Shown here: positions 46,701 through 57,458 of the stretch, piece by piece | How positions within the stretch are numbered: position 1 is the first letter of the stretch | Layout: every line of letters starts with the position of its first letter | Assembly (NCBI GenBank): GCA_001179505.1 | Contig: CDMY01000340.1 | Span: 49,259-113,258, forward strand | Direction of reading: 5' to 3' | Source of the DNA: Vitrella brassicaformis CCMP3155 | Taxonomy: Eukaryota; Protista; Chromerida | Length of the DNA: 64,000 bases | Translations under genes and position numbers: made by a program | The notes under the pieces: generated by a model | Seen by the model: only the letters and a program-made list of their open reading frames with translations | Databases searched by the model: none | Told to the model about the DNA's origin: nothing

Positions 46701-48640
46701 TGTCTGTCTGTTGTCATCACTGCCTGCAGGTCCGGCAGCTCCCCTGTTGTCACTTCTTCCACGTCACCTGTGTGGATCAGTGGCTGGCGCTGCACCTCGA
46801 CTGCCCCCTGTGCAAGGGCAACGTTATCGAGATGCTTGCGCACAGGGAGCAGCTCACAGCACCCCCACAGCAGCAGCAGCGCAAGGCCATGCGGCAGACC
46901 AACGGCGAGGCCACAGCCGCGTCAGACCCGGACGTCGAGCGCCAGACGTCCATACCCTCTTCCGGCGGGCCCGTGGCGCTGCCATCGATTGTGCTGGAGG
47001 ATAGAGGTCTCGATGCCGGCCGGCAGGGCTCTCTGACGCCCAAGAGCTCCGCCAGCTGGGGCAGCCGAGGGCGCGGTCCACACGAGAGTCCGGGTGTCGA
47101 TGATGCGGACGACGAGGTGCAGGTCAACGTGGACACACGCAGCGAGGGGCTCGCCTTCGAGCCTATGGAGCTGCGAGAGATGGTCACCACCATGTCGGAT
47201 TCATTCCTGTCTGGCCAGCCAGAGCACCCTCACAGTGGGGGCATGGCCGACCACCGAGACGCGGACCATCCCACCATGCGGTCGCCAGGGCTGCCGACGT
47301 GCAGCAGCGCGCCCATCGGCGCGCGCCTGTCATCGTATGCGTGGCGTGTCGACACCCCGAGCCCGGTGGCGGTTGGGTCGTCCCCTCAGCGGACGCATCG
47401 CACGGACAGCAGCCCGACGCCCAGCGGCCATCACGTCAGTCGCAGTCGCAGCCGGCAGGTCAGCGACCGGATGAGCGAGGACTCCGACCACGGCCACGCA
47501 TCGTCCAGCAGCCGCAACGCTCACCACTCACGGTCTCTGTCGCGCATCGAGGGCCAGCCCCCCCACGTCTGTCAGTCGCCCTCTCGCTCTCAGCCCCCTC
47601 CCAGCCCCACCCCCAGCGAGGCTAGACGGCCCCCCCTGCCCCCAGAGCACCGAATCAGCCAGTCGCCACGAAACTCCACGCGTGGGATCGTCACACAGAG
47701 TTTCTCAATGGACGACTTTAGGGGGAGAAGACCCGCCACGCGCGACCACCAGACGCCCGTGGCGTGTGTGAGTTTGGATCTGGTGGATCTGAGCAACCAC
47801 GAGGACTGGACTGAGGGGCAGCCCGACACGGGATTGACCACTGAAGGGCCAGCGCCAGTGGACAGGGGCGATGCGACGATGGACCATCACCAAGGGGATG
47901 GGGGATCCTCTGTTCGATCCAGGCAGTCACGACACGTCAGTATGAGGGGCCCGTCGTCCCCTACGGCTTCTGCCACGCGGTCCCCCAACGTCATGGCGAC
48001 ACACTCGTCGATGCGGGGCGTGTGGATGGACGACATCGACCTGCTGGAGCCGTGCATCACCCGCTCTAGCAAGCGGCGTGCAGACCCCACAGGCGGCTCG
48101 CCTGATGCGCCGAGCGCCACATCAAGAGGGTCGAGCGGCAGTGCCATGTCGAGGGAGAAGCGCATCGACAGTACTGTCAGTCGCCGCAGCCCCAACGCCA
48201 AGAGGCCGACGCACCCGAGTAGCCAACGCGAGGCCGATAGGCTGTCGGTGCCTGCAGCTGGGGGCCACCATCACTCTCACCTTCGTGATGAAGAGATCGG
48301 CTCGGTGATGTCCCACGGTGACAGTGCGGAGATGGCGGCTCAAGTGACTTCGGCGTCGCCCTCTCACGTGGACGACATCACCGACATGGACATGGAGGGA
48401 GGGGTGGTGGGACTCCCACCCATCGGCAGCAGCGTGTCGGGCCGGGCATCCCTCCCTCACTCACACAAGGAGTCGCCCCGGAAGGACCGCAGTCTGCCGC
48501 CCCCGAGTCCCCGACCCATTGGCAGTGCCACGCCTCTCCCTGGTGTTGGCTCGTCCAATGGGCGCTATGGTGGCGATTCGCACGGGAGCCCGCAGCGGCC
48601 GAGGGTGTATGGGAAGGCACGCGAGAGCGAGATACAGTAG
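34667..48640 (+). CDS. Giant type-I membrane receptor-like RING-H2 E3 ubiquitin ligase (23 exons, 11,901 nt CDS, 3,966 aa)
   Basis: Exons 34667-34801, 34920-36119, 36199-36969, 37081-37504, 37593-37697, 37784-37898, 37994-40216, 40300-42163, 42266-42436, 42514-43122, 43205-43444, 43521-43636, 43758-44099, 44188-44847, 44967-45229, 45322-45425, 45518-45574, 45677-45864, 45942-46034, 46118-46244, 46325-46417, 46539-46628, 46730-48640. All are joined by GT-AG introns with matching phases. Contains signal peptide, FG-GAP-like repeats, Cys-rich repeats, PSI, CUB, TM and RING-H2. Confidence 0.82.
34920..36560 (+). other. FG-GAP / integrin-alpha-like beta-propeller repeats
   Basis: Recurring [49 protein letters not shown]...[25 protein letters not shown]. 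Confidence 0.65.
36840..37350 (+). other. Cys-rich repeats (GCC2/GCC3 or TNFR-like, plus two KP...W...C.W.C units)
   Basis: YCPFNHY...[21 protein letters not shown]; [20 protein letters not shown]; [20 protein letters not shown]. Confidence 0.55.
42266..42620 (+). other. Ig/Calx-beta/cadherin-like repeat (clearest copy; weaker copies across about 37400-43450)
   Basis: [52 protein letters not shown] matches the Y.V.L...P...V.V...TFT..NW pattern. Related segments: [56 protein letters not shown]. Confidence 0.5.
44300..45425 (+). other. Four PSI (plexin-semaphorin-integrin) domains
   Basis: [71 protein letters not shown]. Confidence 0.8.
45518..46125 (+). other. Juxtamembrane CUB domain
   Basis: GEISHG...[11 protein letters not shown]...LTLTV...GDFLKLYEG...[20 protein letters not shown]. 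Confidence 0.75.
46158..46229 (+). other. Single transmembrane helix
   Basis: [24 protein letters not shown] followed by the basic stop-transfer KRIR. Confidence 0.85.
46590..46813 (+). other. RING-H2 finger, split by intron 46629-46729
   Basis: [13 protein letters not shown]|[28 protein letters not shown] = C-x2-C-x14-C-x-H-x2-H-x2-C-x10-C-x2-C, with the conserved Trp. Confidence 0.93.
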
Positions 48641-50077
48641 ACAGACAGGCCTGTATGGACGTAGATAGACGATAGTGGTGTCGGTTGCCATGTGTGAGAT
48701 GAGATGAGATGAGATGAGATGAACGAACGGATGTGTATTTTATCAAGGGGAGCGATTGCAATGATTGCAATGCAATGCGTTCAAGCAGGTGGTCGGTCGG
48801 TCGGTGCGTGCGTAGCATGGTGCATGGATTGGACATGCACACGGTAGGTTTAGTGTGTACCCAGTGGCCAGAGTGACTGGAGGTGTGGGTGTGGGTGGGG
48901 GTGTGAGGCTCCCTACCACTTTCTTGAAAACCGACGGAGGGACGGAGGGAGGGACTGAGTGGGATGCCATTTGTCTGAGCGTACGTGCAGGGGATCGATG
49001 TGGTGGTCTGTCGACCTACCTAGTTTATCTATCTAGCTAGCTCGTGTGTCTGTCGGTACGTGTGAAGGAAGGTATCGCAACTTTATCAAGAATGTCCATG
49101 CGTCATGGCGTCATGGATATACACACACATCTCTGTCTGTCTGACTGTCTTTCTGTATCCACACAGACAGCAGACCTATCCTTGCCATGCTTGTTATTGT
49201 GAGCCAGCGACACGCCGGCCCGCCCAGCGATGACGGGGGGCCACGGCCGGCGCACTTGGTTGGTTGTGTGTGGGTCGGTCATGTGTACCCCGCCCTGTTC
49301 ATGTGTCTTTGTGCAGCAGCAACAATTCCTTCCTCGGGTGTGCCGATCGATCCCTTCTCTCTCTATCTCTCTTTGTCTGTGCCTGCCTGCCTGCCTGCCT
49401 GAGTGTATGAGAGGCCTGCCTATCTGGCTGGCTGTACCTATACCTACCTGCGTGTGTGTATACAATACACCTGCCTGCCTGCCTGCCAGTTGTGTGTTTG
49501 ACTCGCTCAGAGAGAGGACGAACGATATCGATGGACGTCAGAAGATGCAACAAGCGAACAGCCAATCGTCAACGTGGCTTATGGTGCATGACTTCTGAGT
49601 GCATTTGTGCGCCCGCTCTCCGTGTCTCATTCGAAAAGCACGCAGCCACACATATATACACCAGGGCGGTCCGCCCACCGTTTCCATCACCATCACTGCA
49701 TACACGCACTATCAATATCCGACAGAAATGGCAAAAACCAGCGCAGAGCGCCCAGGCCATAAGGGAAAAAACTGCTGGCCCGCCTGACCAAGCTGCTAAA
49801 CCCAGACCCTGCATGTGTCTCTCCGTCCTCTCTCTGTCACCAAAGTGTCCGTCTGTCTGACTCCTCCAATCAATCAAGGCCAACCCACTCGTTAACTCAG
49901 ACAGACAGACTGAAAAACAGAGAGAGAGAGAGAGACAGACACCGCGCCGGCGGTGGCATACACACACCGCACGCCCAGATAGATGTTTACAAGGGCGACA
50001 GGTGTAGACAGACAGACAGACAGACACGAAGATCCATAGACTAACTCATGAACGCACTCAAGAAGGCAGAGTAGTCC

Positions 50078-50748
50078 TCAGCAGCTGTCAGCAACGCAAT
50101 CTCTGAAACAACTGTTGTGGCACTCCGAAAAGCTGTCGTCTGCTACGCGAATTGAGACTGCCGCAACAAATACCATCGCAAAAAACCCCGCAATCCTCTG
50201 CGCACTCCTGCTGAAGCTCCCGAAGCTTCCCACCATCCGCCTTAGCCGCAGAATGGTCCCCGGAGTCGCTGTTGGCGCCACTCTTGACGTCCTGACGGTG
50301 GGTCAGATGCTGGTGCAGCCGGCGTCGTCGCTCAGAGCATGTGCCGCAGCACATGGATCCGCTGATTGAAGCGGAAATTGGGGTGCTACTGGAGCATTCA
50401 AAGCCAGCCACCTGCATGAAGGCACACACACATACATACAGGTCGTGATAAGTTTGCCATCCTCTCTGTCTATGTAAGAAGTACCAGGTATCCGTCGTGG
50501 CATCCTTGGCCGGAGACAGAGGTTGAGCCGAAAGCGCATATGTCGGAAAACTCCGAGGGGTCACAATTAGCACTGTGGAAGTCACACACGTCCTGAAGCT
50601 CCCGCACCACGTTCTTCTCAGCAGCGCCTGCAGCCACGGAAGAACACCATCATGTGCGCTGTGTGTGTGTGTGTGTGTGTGTACCTGCTGCAGACGCCAC
50701 GGCAAGGGCCAGCAGTGTCAGGGAGACCATCGACGCGTGAGGGGCCAT
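50078..50748 (-). CDS. Small secreted cysteine-rich precursor (169-176 aa); exons 50748-50685, 50627-50485, 50411-50088 (or with an extra 31-nt intron ending at 50078)
   Basis: MAPHASMVSLTLLALAVASAAG signal peptide; then AAEKNVVRELQDVCDFHSANC...MCCGTCSERRRRLHQH...KLRELQQECAEDCGVFCD. Two phase-consistent GT-AG introns (57 and 72 nt). Confidence 0.75.
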
Positions 50749-51260
50749 TGGTGCCGTACGAGGGACTGATACAGTTGTGCTGTGGGGTAAGACCTGGTGG
50801 CAACAAAGGAGAGGCGAAAGGTTGTGTGCAATGGGATGTTGCCATCGTTGAGCCGCTGATGGTTCGAAGACAGCAGGGGAGAGCTGGCTACCGTCTTTTC
50901 TCGTCAAATCTCATGGAAACAATCTCTGGAGAGCTCTTTCCGATTTCCTCGAAACCCTACTCTGACCCGGAACCCTGAAGGGATTTACCAGCACAACCGG
51001 CACGCCCTGCAGTTGTACGCTCTAGCTGTCCCCTGCCGTCGAATCGCCTGTGGCGATGACTGGCACAACTTCACTCATTCACACAAACACACACATGCAG
51101 CAAAGGGCACAGAATATGCAGATAGATGCCTATACACCTACCTGGTTGTGTCATGCACAAAACCGGCATGCACCACGCAGATCTACCTAGCCGCTTGCAA
51201 AGACGAAGCGCTTTCTCTCACACACCCAACCAACCAACCAACCAACCCACACAAACGGCC

Positions 51261-51448
51261 TCAGTCGACATTTTCTCCCGGTGACGGCTCCAAACCGGCA
51301 GCATCCGCCGTGCCAGATGGCTGCGCCTCTGACGCCTCCTGCCGCTCGTCGTCGTCCTCGAGGTCAGGCATCTCGTCCTCATCATCTGCACAGATGAACC
51401 AACCACACCCAAACTCGCAACACACAAACCCCCAGGCCGTCCCTCCCG

Positions 51449-51483
<35 letters not shown>

Positions 51484-54400
51484 GTCGTCATCGCCATCGC
51501 CATCATCGTTTTCGCCCTCTCCTTCATCATTGCGCGGCTGGCCGGCCATGAGACGCAGCAGCTGCAGCAGCTCCTGCGGCGCGACCTGCAGGGGGGCGAA
51601 GTGGCGGTCGAAGCGCATCTGACGGGCGGGCAGGGGGTCCCGCGAGAAGCGCGACGGGAAGGGGGCCGTGACGTCCGGGGCGTTGACGGGCAGGATCTCC
51701 TCCTCTGTGACGCTGTCGATGACACTCAGCACGTGCACGTCCGAGAATGTGCCCCCGGTGGGCGACCAACCTGGGACAAAGAATAGAACACACGCACGCG
51801 AGTGTGTATCCGTCGGGGCTGCTCTCTATTCTATGCGTTGCATGGTGTGTGGACTTACCTCCGTATGTGACCATATTGTGGCCAGTCCAGACGGAGGCGT
51901 GGAAGCTGCGAGGCCGCGGCTTGTACACGGTGACATGGGCCGCCCCCGCAAAGCCGTCACGTGGCCCGTCCGGTGCCCCTGATCAAAGTGAACAAATGCA
52001 CACCCATCCATCCATCCAGAGAACAGCACAGTGTCTCCAGGCCCAGGGGTGCATACTTGCGTCGCTCCATCCGCCCTCACTGTCGATCTCCTCGTAGGCG
52101 TCATCGTCTGCACCCACCCATTCATCCATCCATCCATCCATCCATGGGAGCCATCAGACACAGTCTGTAGACGGCCAGCTTACCGTCGCCGTCTTCATCG
52201 ATGTCGTCGTCCTCACTCTCGTGGACTGGTGCAACCCATTCCTCCTCATCAGAGTCTAATGAACCAGATAATCACATAAACACCACACACAAGCATCCAT
52301 CCATCCATCCACCCCGGCCCCACCCTGCACGCACATACATACCGTCCTCGTCATCGTTGCCATGGTCTGAGTCCTGCCTCTGGGCGGTCTGGCCCTTCTT
52401 GGGCAGCGGACGGTCCGTGTCCATGTCGGGAGAGTCGCGGCGGCGCTTCCTGTCCGTCGTGCCGCCATCCCCCCCTCCCTCCCCCTGGCCCTTCTTGTCG
52501 ACCGCAGCACTCACAGCAGCGGCGGCCGATGCAGCCGGTGCACACGCTGCTGGTGGCGGTGGTGGTGCCGCTGCTGCCGCCGCCGCTGCACAGGATGACG
52601 AAGACGCCTCCTCCTTGCGCGACGGCAACTGAATCGCAAACACGGCAGCACGACAATCATCCACCGAAACATGTATGTCTCTCTCCCCCCAACCCACTAC
52701 CTCAGCCTCAGCTGGTGAGGCCGCAGGCGTCTTGCCGTCTTTGCCCTTGACCATGCCGTCGACACGCGCGTTTGTGGCCATGACAGGGACGTACAAACGG
52801 CCCGTTGCCGTGTTGAAGACCACCAGCTCGCGGCACCCGCCGCGATGTCCGCCGAAGAGGATGATCTTCTGGCCTGCCAAGACAGCTGTGTGTGCTCGGC
52901 CGAGGCACCGCTTGTGACTCTCAGGGATCGCTGCCATGCAGACAGAGAAGACAACAAACATATCTTGTGGACAGGACAGTGTGTGTGAGTGGATGTGCGA
53001 TGTGTGCGATGTACCAAAAGTTGGCTGCAGGCCTTTGCTGACCCACGGCAGGTCGTCGAAGGCAATCCAGCTGCACCACACCATGTGTGTGCGTTAATGA
53101 AGAGACAGCAAGCCAAGCATGTCTGTCACACATGGGTCCACGCGTGCAGTACGCGTGTGTCCGCCCGCTCACGTCTTGGTGTGTCCGTCGAAGAGGTGGA
53201 GGTCCTCAAAGTCCTGCCCCATCCTAGGCACATCCCTGCCGTTCGCCCCGCCGATGACAAAGACGTATCTCGACTGCACAAGTGTGGCAGAGTGGCTGTT
53301 GCGGGGCGCGGGAGGCACCCCGCTCACCTCGGCAGCCCCACTGCACACACGACAGACAGACACAGACAACAGTAAAGCTGATATGCGTGTGTGTGTGTGT
53401 GTGTGTGGCCTCCTGCAGACGGCTTACGTGTGCCATTGCCAGGTGGCCACATCGACAATGACCGACGTGTTGACCGGCTGCGAGTTCTCGTTGCCGCCGA
53501 AGATGAAGATGTATCCCTCTCGGTGCTTCTTGGAGCTGAACGGCACGTATGTGGCGGAGTGGAAGGCGCGGCCGGGAACACTGCTCCTGATTGATGACAC
53601 ACAGGCACACGGATGGCAAGATGCTCACGATGGATCCATGGATGGATGGATGGATGGGTGGGTGGGTGGATCGTTCGCACTCACTTGGCCATCCTTCCCC
53701 CACTGGTGGTGGTGGTGGTGCGCTCGGCAGCTTTGCTGCCGCCCAACACCCACGTCAAACAGCTGCTTACACACAGACACACACGATTGTGTGTATACTC
53801 AGGTCATCCATCGTTGCTTGCTTGGTCAGGTCAGGTCAGTTGACTCACCCACCGGTCTTTCGGTTCTGTTTCTCTGCCCTTCCTGCTGTGACCGGAGAGT
53901 CTGGCCGGGACGAAGGCGAGCGAGCGAGCGAAGCTGGTGTCACGACTGGAGCGATACTCTGAGGGAGTCGAGAAGAGCTGCTGGGGTCGGTGCGTGTGTG
54001 TTGAGCGTGGCTACTCACCCTTGACCTCAGAAGCCGCCTCCTGTGTACCCAGACAGACAGACAGACAGACAGACAGGGAGAGATTGCTCTGACCGATCCC
54101 GCTCTCTGCCTGACCCCGTATGGGCGCTGTGCTGTGCTCACATCGTCCTTTGTGTCAGAGGGTTTGTCGTCGGTTTTGCCATCCAGGTAGGCCATCTCGA
54201 GCACACCCCAACCGTCGCTCTCATTCCGGTAACCTTATGTATAACACACATACACACGAACGAGACACCGCACCGCCCCCAGATACACCACACCCATCCA
54301 TCCCATATGTATGTCAGTCACACGAGTACCGACCGCCGGACAGGTAGCCACCGTTCACAAACAATCGATCAGGGGGCTGGGGCGCACCCTGACAGTTTCA

Positions 54401-55997
54401 TTGAGCAGATCAGACACACAGCAGCAGCCATGTGATGTGAGCGATCGACTGTGCGGCCTTCCATGCGATGCCATGCCATGCCGGCAGCATTCGCATGTCT
54501 GTTCTGTGTGAGTGTTTCTTTACACCTACCTTGTTGAGCGGCTTGTTGATGTCGAATACCGGCGTGACGCTCTGGCCGTAGGATGGCGGTGGGGGCGTGT
54601 TGTGTGTGCGGCAGGCCGACCAGCTGTACTCGCCCGTCGACAGCAGGGAGGGCAGCGGCAAACTGAGAGAGCGACACACAATACGCTACGCTCCCATCGC
54701 TGGCTGCGTTTCGGTCATTCTGCGTCTGTCCGTATTGGTAAGGTACCTACCGCCAAAGGTCGTTGCATGGGCCCCCAGATGAAGACCAGCCTCCTACCCA
54801 TACACACAGAACAGACACGTGTCCTTGACCGTCTCCCTCCCTCCCTCCCTCCCTCTCTATGGCTGTCACAGCTGTCACACCCACGGTACCTACCGTATGC
54901 GTAGAGGTATTCCGCCCTGCTCTCGATCCATATCTTGGGGCACTCCCTCTCCATGTCCATCGCCTGATCCTGCCCCATATCTTCAGTGTACTTGGCCATG
55001 CCCCACACCAGACCGCCATGCTGCCGGCTCTCCGTCAGGTCACACAACTCCTGCAATTTTAAGGACAGAATGGGTAAGCAGCTTGTATGGCCTGCCTATG
55101 TATGTGTCGCACCGCAGCTCTCCTATACGCCTCACGGTACTGCCATTCGGTGACGGCGTCACCGTCACCGTCACCGCCAGCCTCACCTTGGCCCTCCCCG
55201 CCACCTGAACGAGCAGTCATTCACATGGATGCGCGTGTGTGGGTGTGCATGGTCGACCTAGTGCTCCATCCCATCCACTCACACACCTGCCCCTGCTGCG
55301 GGCGATGATGCACTGCCACTGGCAGAGGCAGCAGCTGCAGCCGCTGCCGCCGCCGCCACCGGCACACTTGGTGCCGGCGTGGGGTGGAAGTGGCCATTCC
55401 CGGCCACCGTGCGCACAGGCAAATGGCTGAAGGTGTCCTGATACTGCATGCGGCCGGCCAGTAGGGCAGCACCAAGGCAGCCAGGCAGGTAGGCAGGCAA
55501 AGATAGAGCGACAAACAGACAGACAGACATACCTTAATTACGTGTCTTCATGTAGACGCGTACGTGTGTGTGTGTGCGCATGTGGGTGGGCATTAATGTG
55601 TGTCAGTCAAGCTGCATGGCTTACGCGCAGCCTCCAGAGTGGCGCTGATGTGTCGGGATCAGCGAGAGCAGCCCACCGAGCGTTGACTGCACACACACCC
55701 AGGCACACCACACCGTTCGTTCGCTCTATTGCTTGCCTGTCTGCCCGCCGCCCACTCCATCCAGGGATGTGCCTAGCTAGCTACCTGCAGCGGGTCCCGC
55801 AGCGATTTCTTCGCCTGCATGGCACACAGACAGACGCATACACACAGAGCGGTGCACGCGGTGCATCAGTTCCTGAGGTGCATTGATTGATTCCACGTGA
55901 GAGCCGAGCCGCCAGCCTTGCCTGAGATGAACTCCCAGATATGGTAGAGGAGGGTGTCGTCCAGATCTCCCTCACTCACACGCACTGGTGCAGACAT
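51261..55997 (-). CDS. F-box / Kelch-repeat protein (putative SCF substrate receptor) with acidic low-complexity insertions; many exons
   Basis: F-box-like LDDTLLYHIWEFISGEEIAAGPAAVNARWAALADPDTSAPLWR (needs GC-AG intron 55815-55921). Kelch blades: YAYGGW...NDLWR, LFVNGG, RAFHSAT...IFIFGG, PRNSHSATLVQSRYVFVIGG, RAHTAVLAGQKIILFGG, PRSFHASVWTGHNMVTYGGW. Stop at 51261-51263. Some central exon boundaries are uncertain. Confidence 0.8.
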
Positions 55998-56777
55998 CTC
56001 TCGTCGACAGGGATTAATTGCCAGCAAACCCGAGAAAGATCTGCTGCTCGATCCGGGCCTCCGGAGGAGACGGGCGATGATCAATTCAGAGGCGCTCGCA
56101 GTCCCGCGAGTGCACAGCTGATGCACTAATGCAGTTTCATCCACAACACTTCCCTGACCACACACATGATTAACAGATCTGAGTCCACGTCATCGATTAA
56201 TCAAAAATGACGCCTTGATGCATGTGCATGGCCACATGCACAGATACGTACACACGAAATACAGCCAGGCAGGCCATCTGTCGTTTGGACGGCGGACACA
56301 CAACGGACGGGTACTTACGCAGGCATCATATCAGCCACCCAACCACAACCATGCTCTCTCTGCCGTCTGGGTACTATGTCACTCGCACCTGAACGCCAGC
56401 AGCCCCACCGCGACCCACGGCCTGACATGGCTGTCGGTCAGGGGGAGGCCGTCGACGGCGATGCACCCAGTGACACCAGCACAGGAAGACAGACAGCACT
56501 GACGGGCCAAGGCCGGCGAAAATCATACGATCCATTAGGTGCGATGAGCGCATTGCCGCGCTACACATTAAGGTGGGTAGAATAGACAAGAATGAATCTG
56601 TGGAAAGAAAGTAAGAACACATCGGTCTCGCGCTCGCTTGACAAACCATTGACTGACAGCGATCAACAGACTGCCTGCCTGCCTGCCTGTTCTCTTGCTG
56701 TTTGCACGTAGCTATGTTACAGCCACCCAACACACACACACACACACCAACCTGTGTCTGTCTGTCTATGTATCTGG

Positions 56778-57458
56778 CTACTCCCCCTTGCTGCTCCTGT
56801 CCCTGTCTTTGGTACTTGCGAGGTACTTCTTCCTCTGTGTGAGCATGTGCGAGAACAGAATGACCGTGCCCGGCACATAGGTCAGCAGCATCGCCACATA
56901 GGCCAGCCACAGGTCGATGGTGAAGTTGAAGCGGTTGGGCATCGGCTCGGGGAAGGTCCGGAACTCCTCGTGCGCACTCATATAAAAGAGGGCATGGACG
57001 ATGGATCCCAACTCCCCGGCAATGCCTGAAGGGTAGAGCACCAAGAACCCCGAGTACCTCAGCCACAGCATGGCCTTTGGGGCCCAGCCATAGAGATTGA
57101 GGGCGTAGAACGGGTAGCGAATCAGCTCGGCGAGGGTCCACATGGCGATGGTGTGGAGGGTGACCCAGTAGGTGTGGGTGGAGGGGATGAACTGGTAGAT
57201 GATCCACACTATGTGCAGCCGCGAGAGCACCTGCGCCAGAGTGGTCATGACGGGCGACTTGACCAGCTGAAAGAGGGCGTGCACCACCTCCAGGACGGCG
57301 GCCGTCTGGGCTATCTTCAGAGGCACCTCCGCCATCCCCCAGAAGAGATCAATCCTCGACCAGCCGTTCTGCGCGAGATGCATGGCGCACACGACACCCA
57401 CCCACAGCCACGCCGCAGCCACCGCCATGTTGTAAGCGAACAGGTACGCCTTCATCAT
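56778..57458 (-). CDS. HACD: Very-long-chain 3-hydroxyacyl-CoA dehydratase (PTPLA/HACD/PHS1 family), single exon
   Basis: YLFAYN, QTAAVLEVVH, QVLSRLHIVW, WTLAELIRYPFY, WLRYSGFLVLYPSGIAGE (catalytic Tyr/Glu pattern of Phs1), MPNRFNF, HMLTQRKKYL. Confidence 0.95.
   Translation of the reverse strand: MMKAYLFAYNMAVAAAWLWVGVVCAMHLAQNGWSRIDLFWGMAEVPLKIAQTAAVLEVVHALFQLVKSPVMTTLAQVLSRLHIVWIIYQFIPSTHTYWVTLHTIAMWTLAELIRYPFYALNLYGWAPKAMLWLRYSGFLVLYPSGIAGELGSIVHALFYMSAHEEFRTFPEPMPNRFNFTIDLWLAYVAMLLTYVPGTVILFSHMLTQRKKYLASTKDRDRSSKGE

Noticed and set aside
56778-57458. Intronless HACD as a retrogene
   Set aside because: No poly(A) remnant or flanking duplication; other genes here also have exons over 1.3 kb, so a 681-nt single exon is unremarkable.
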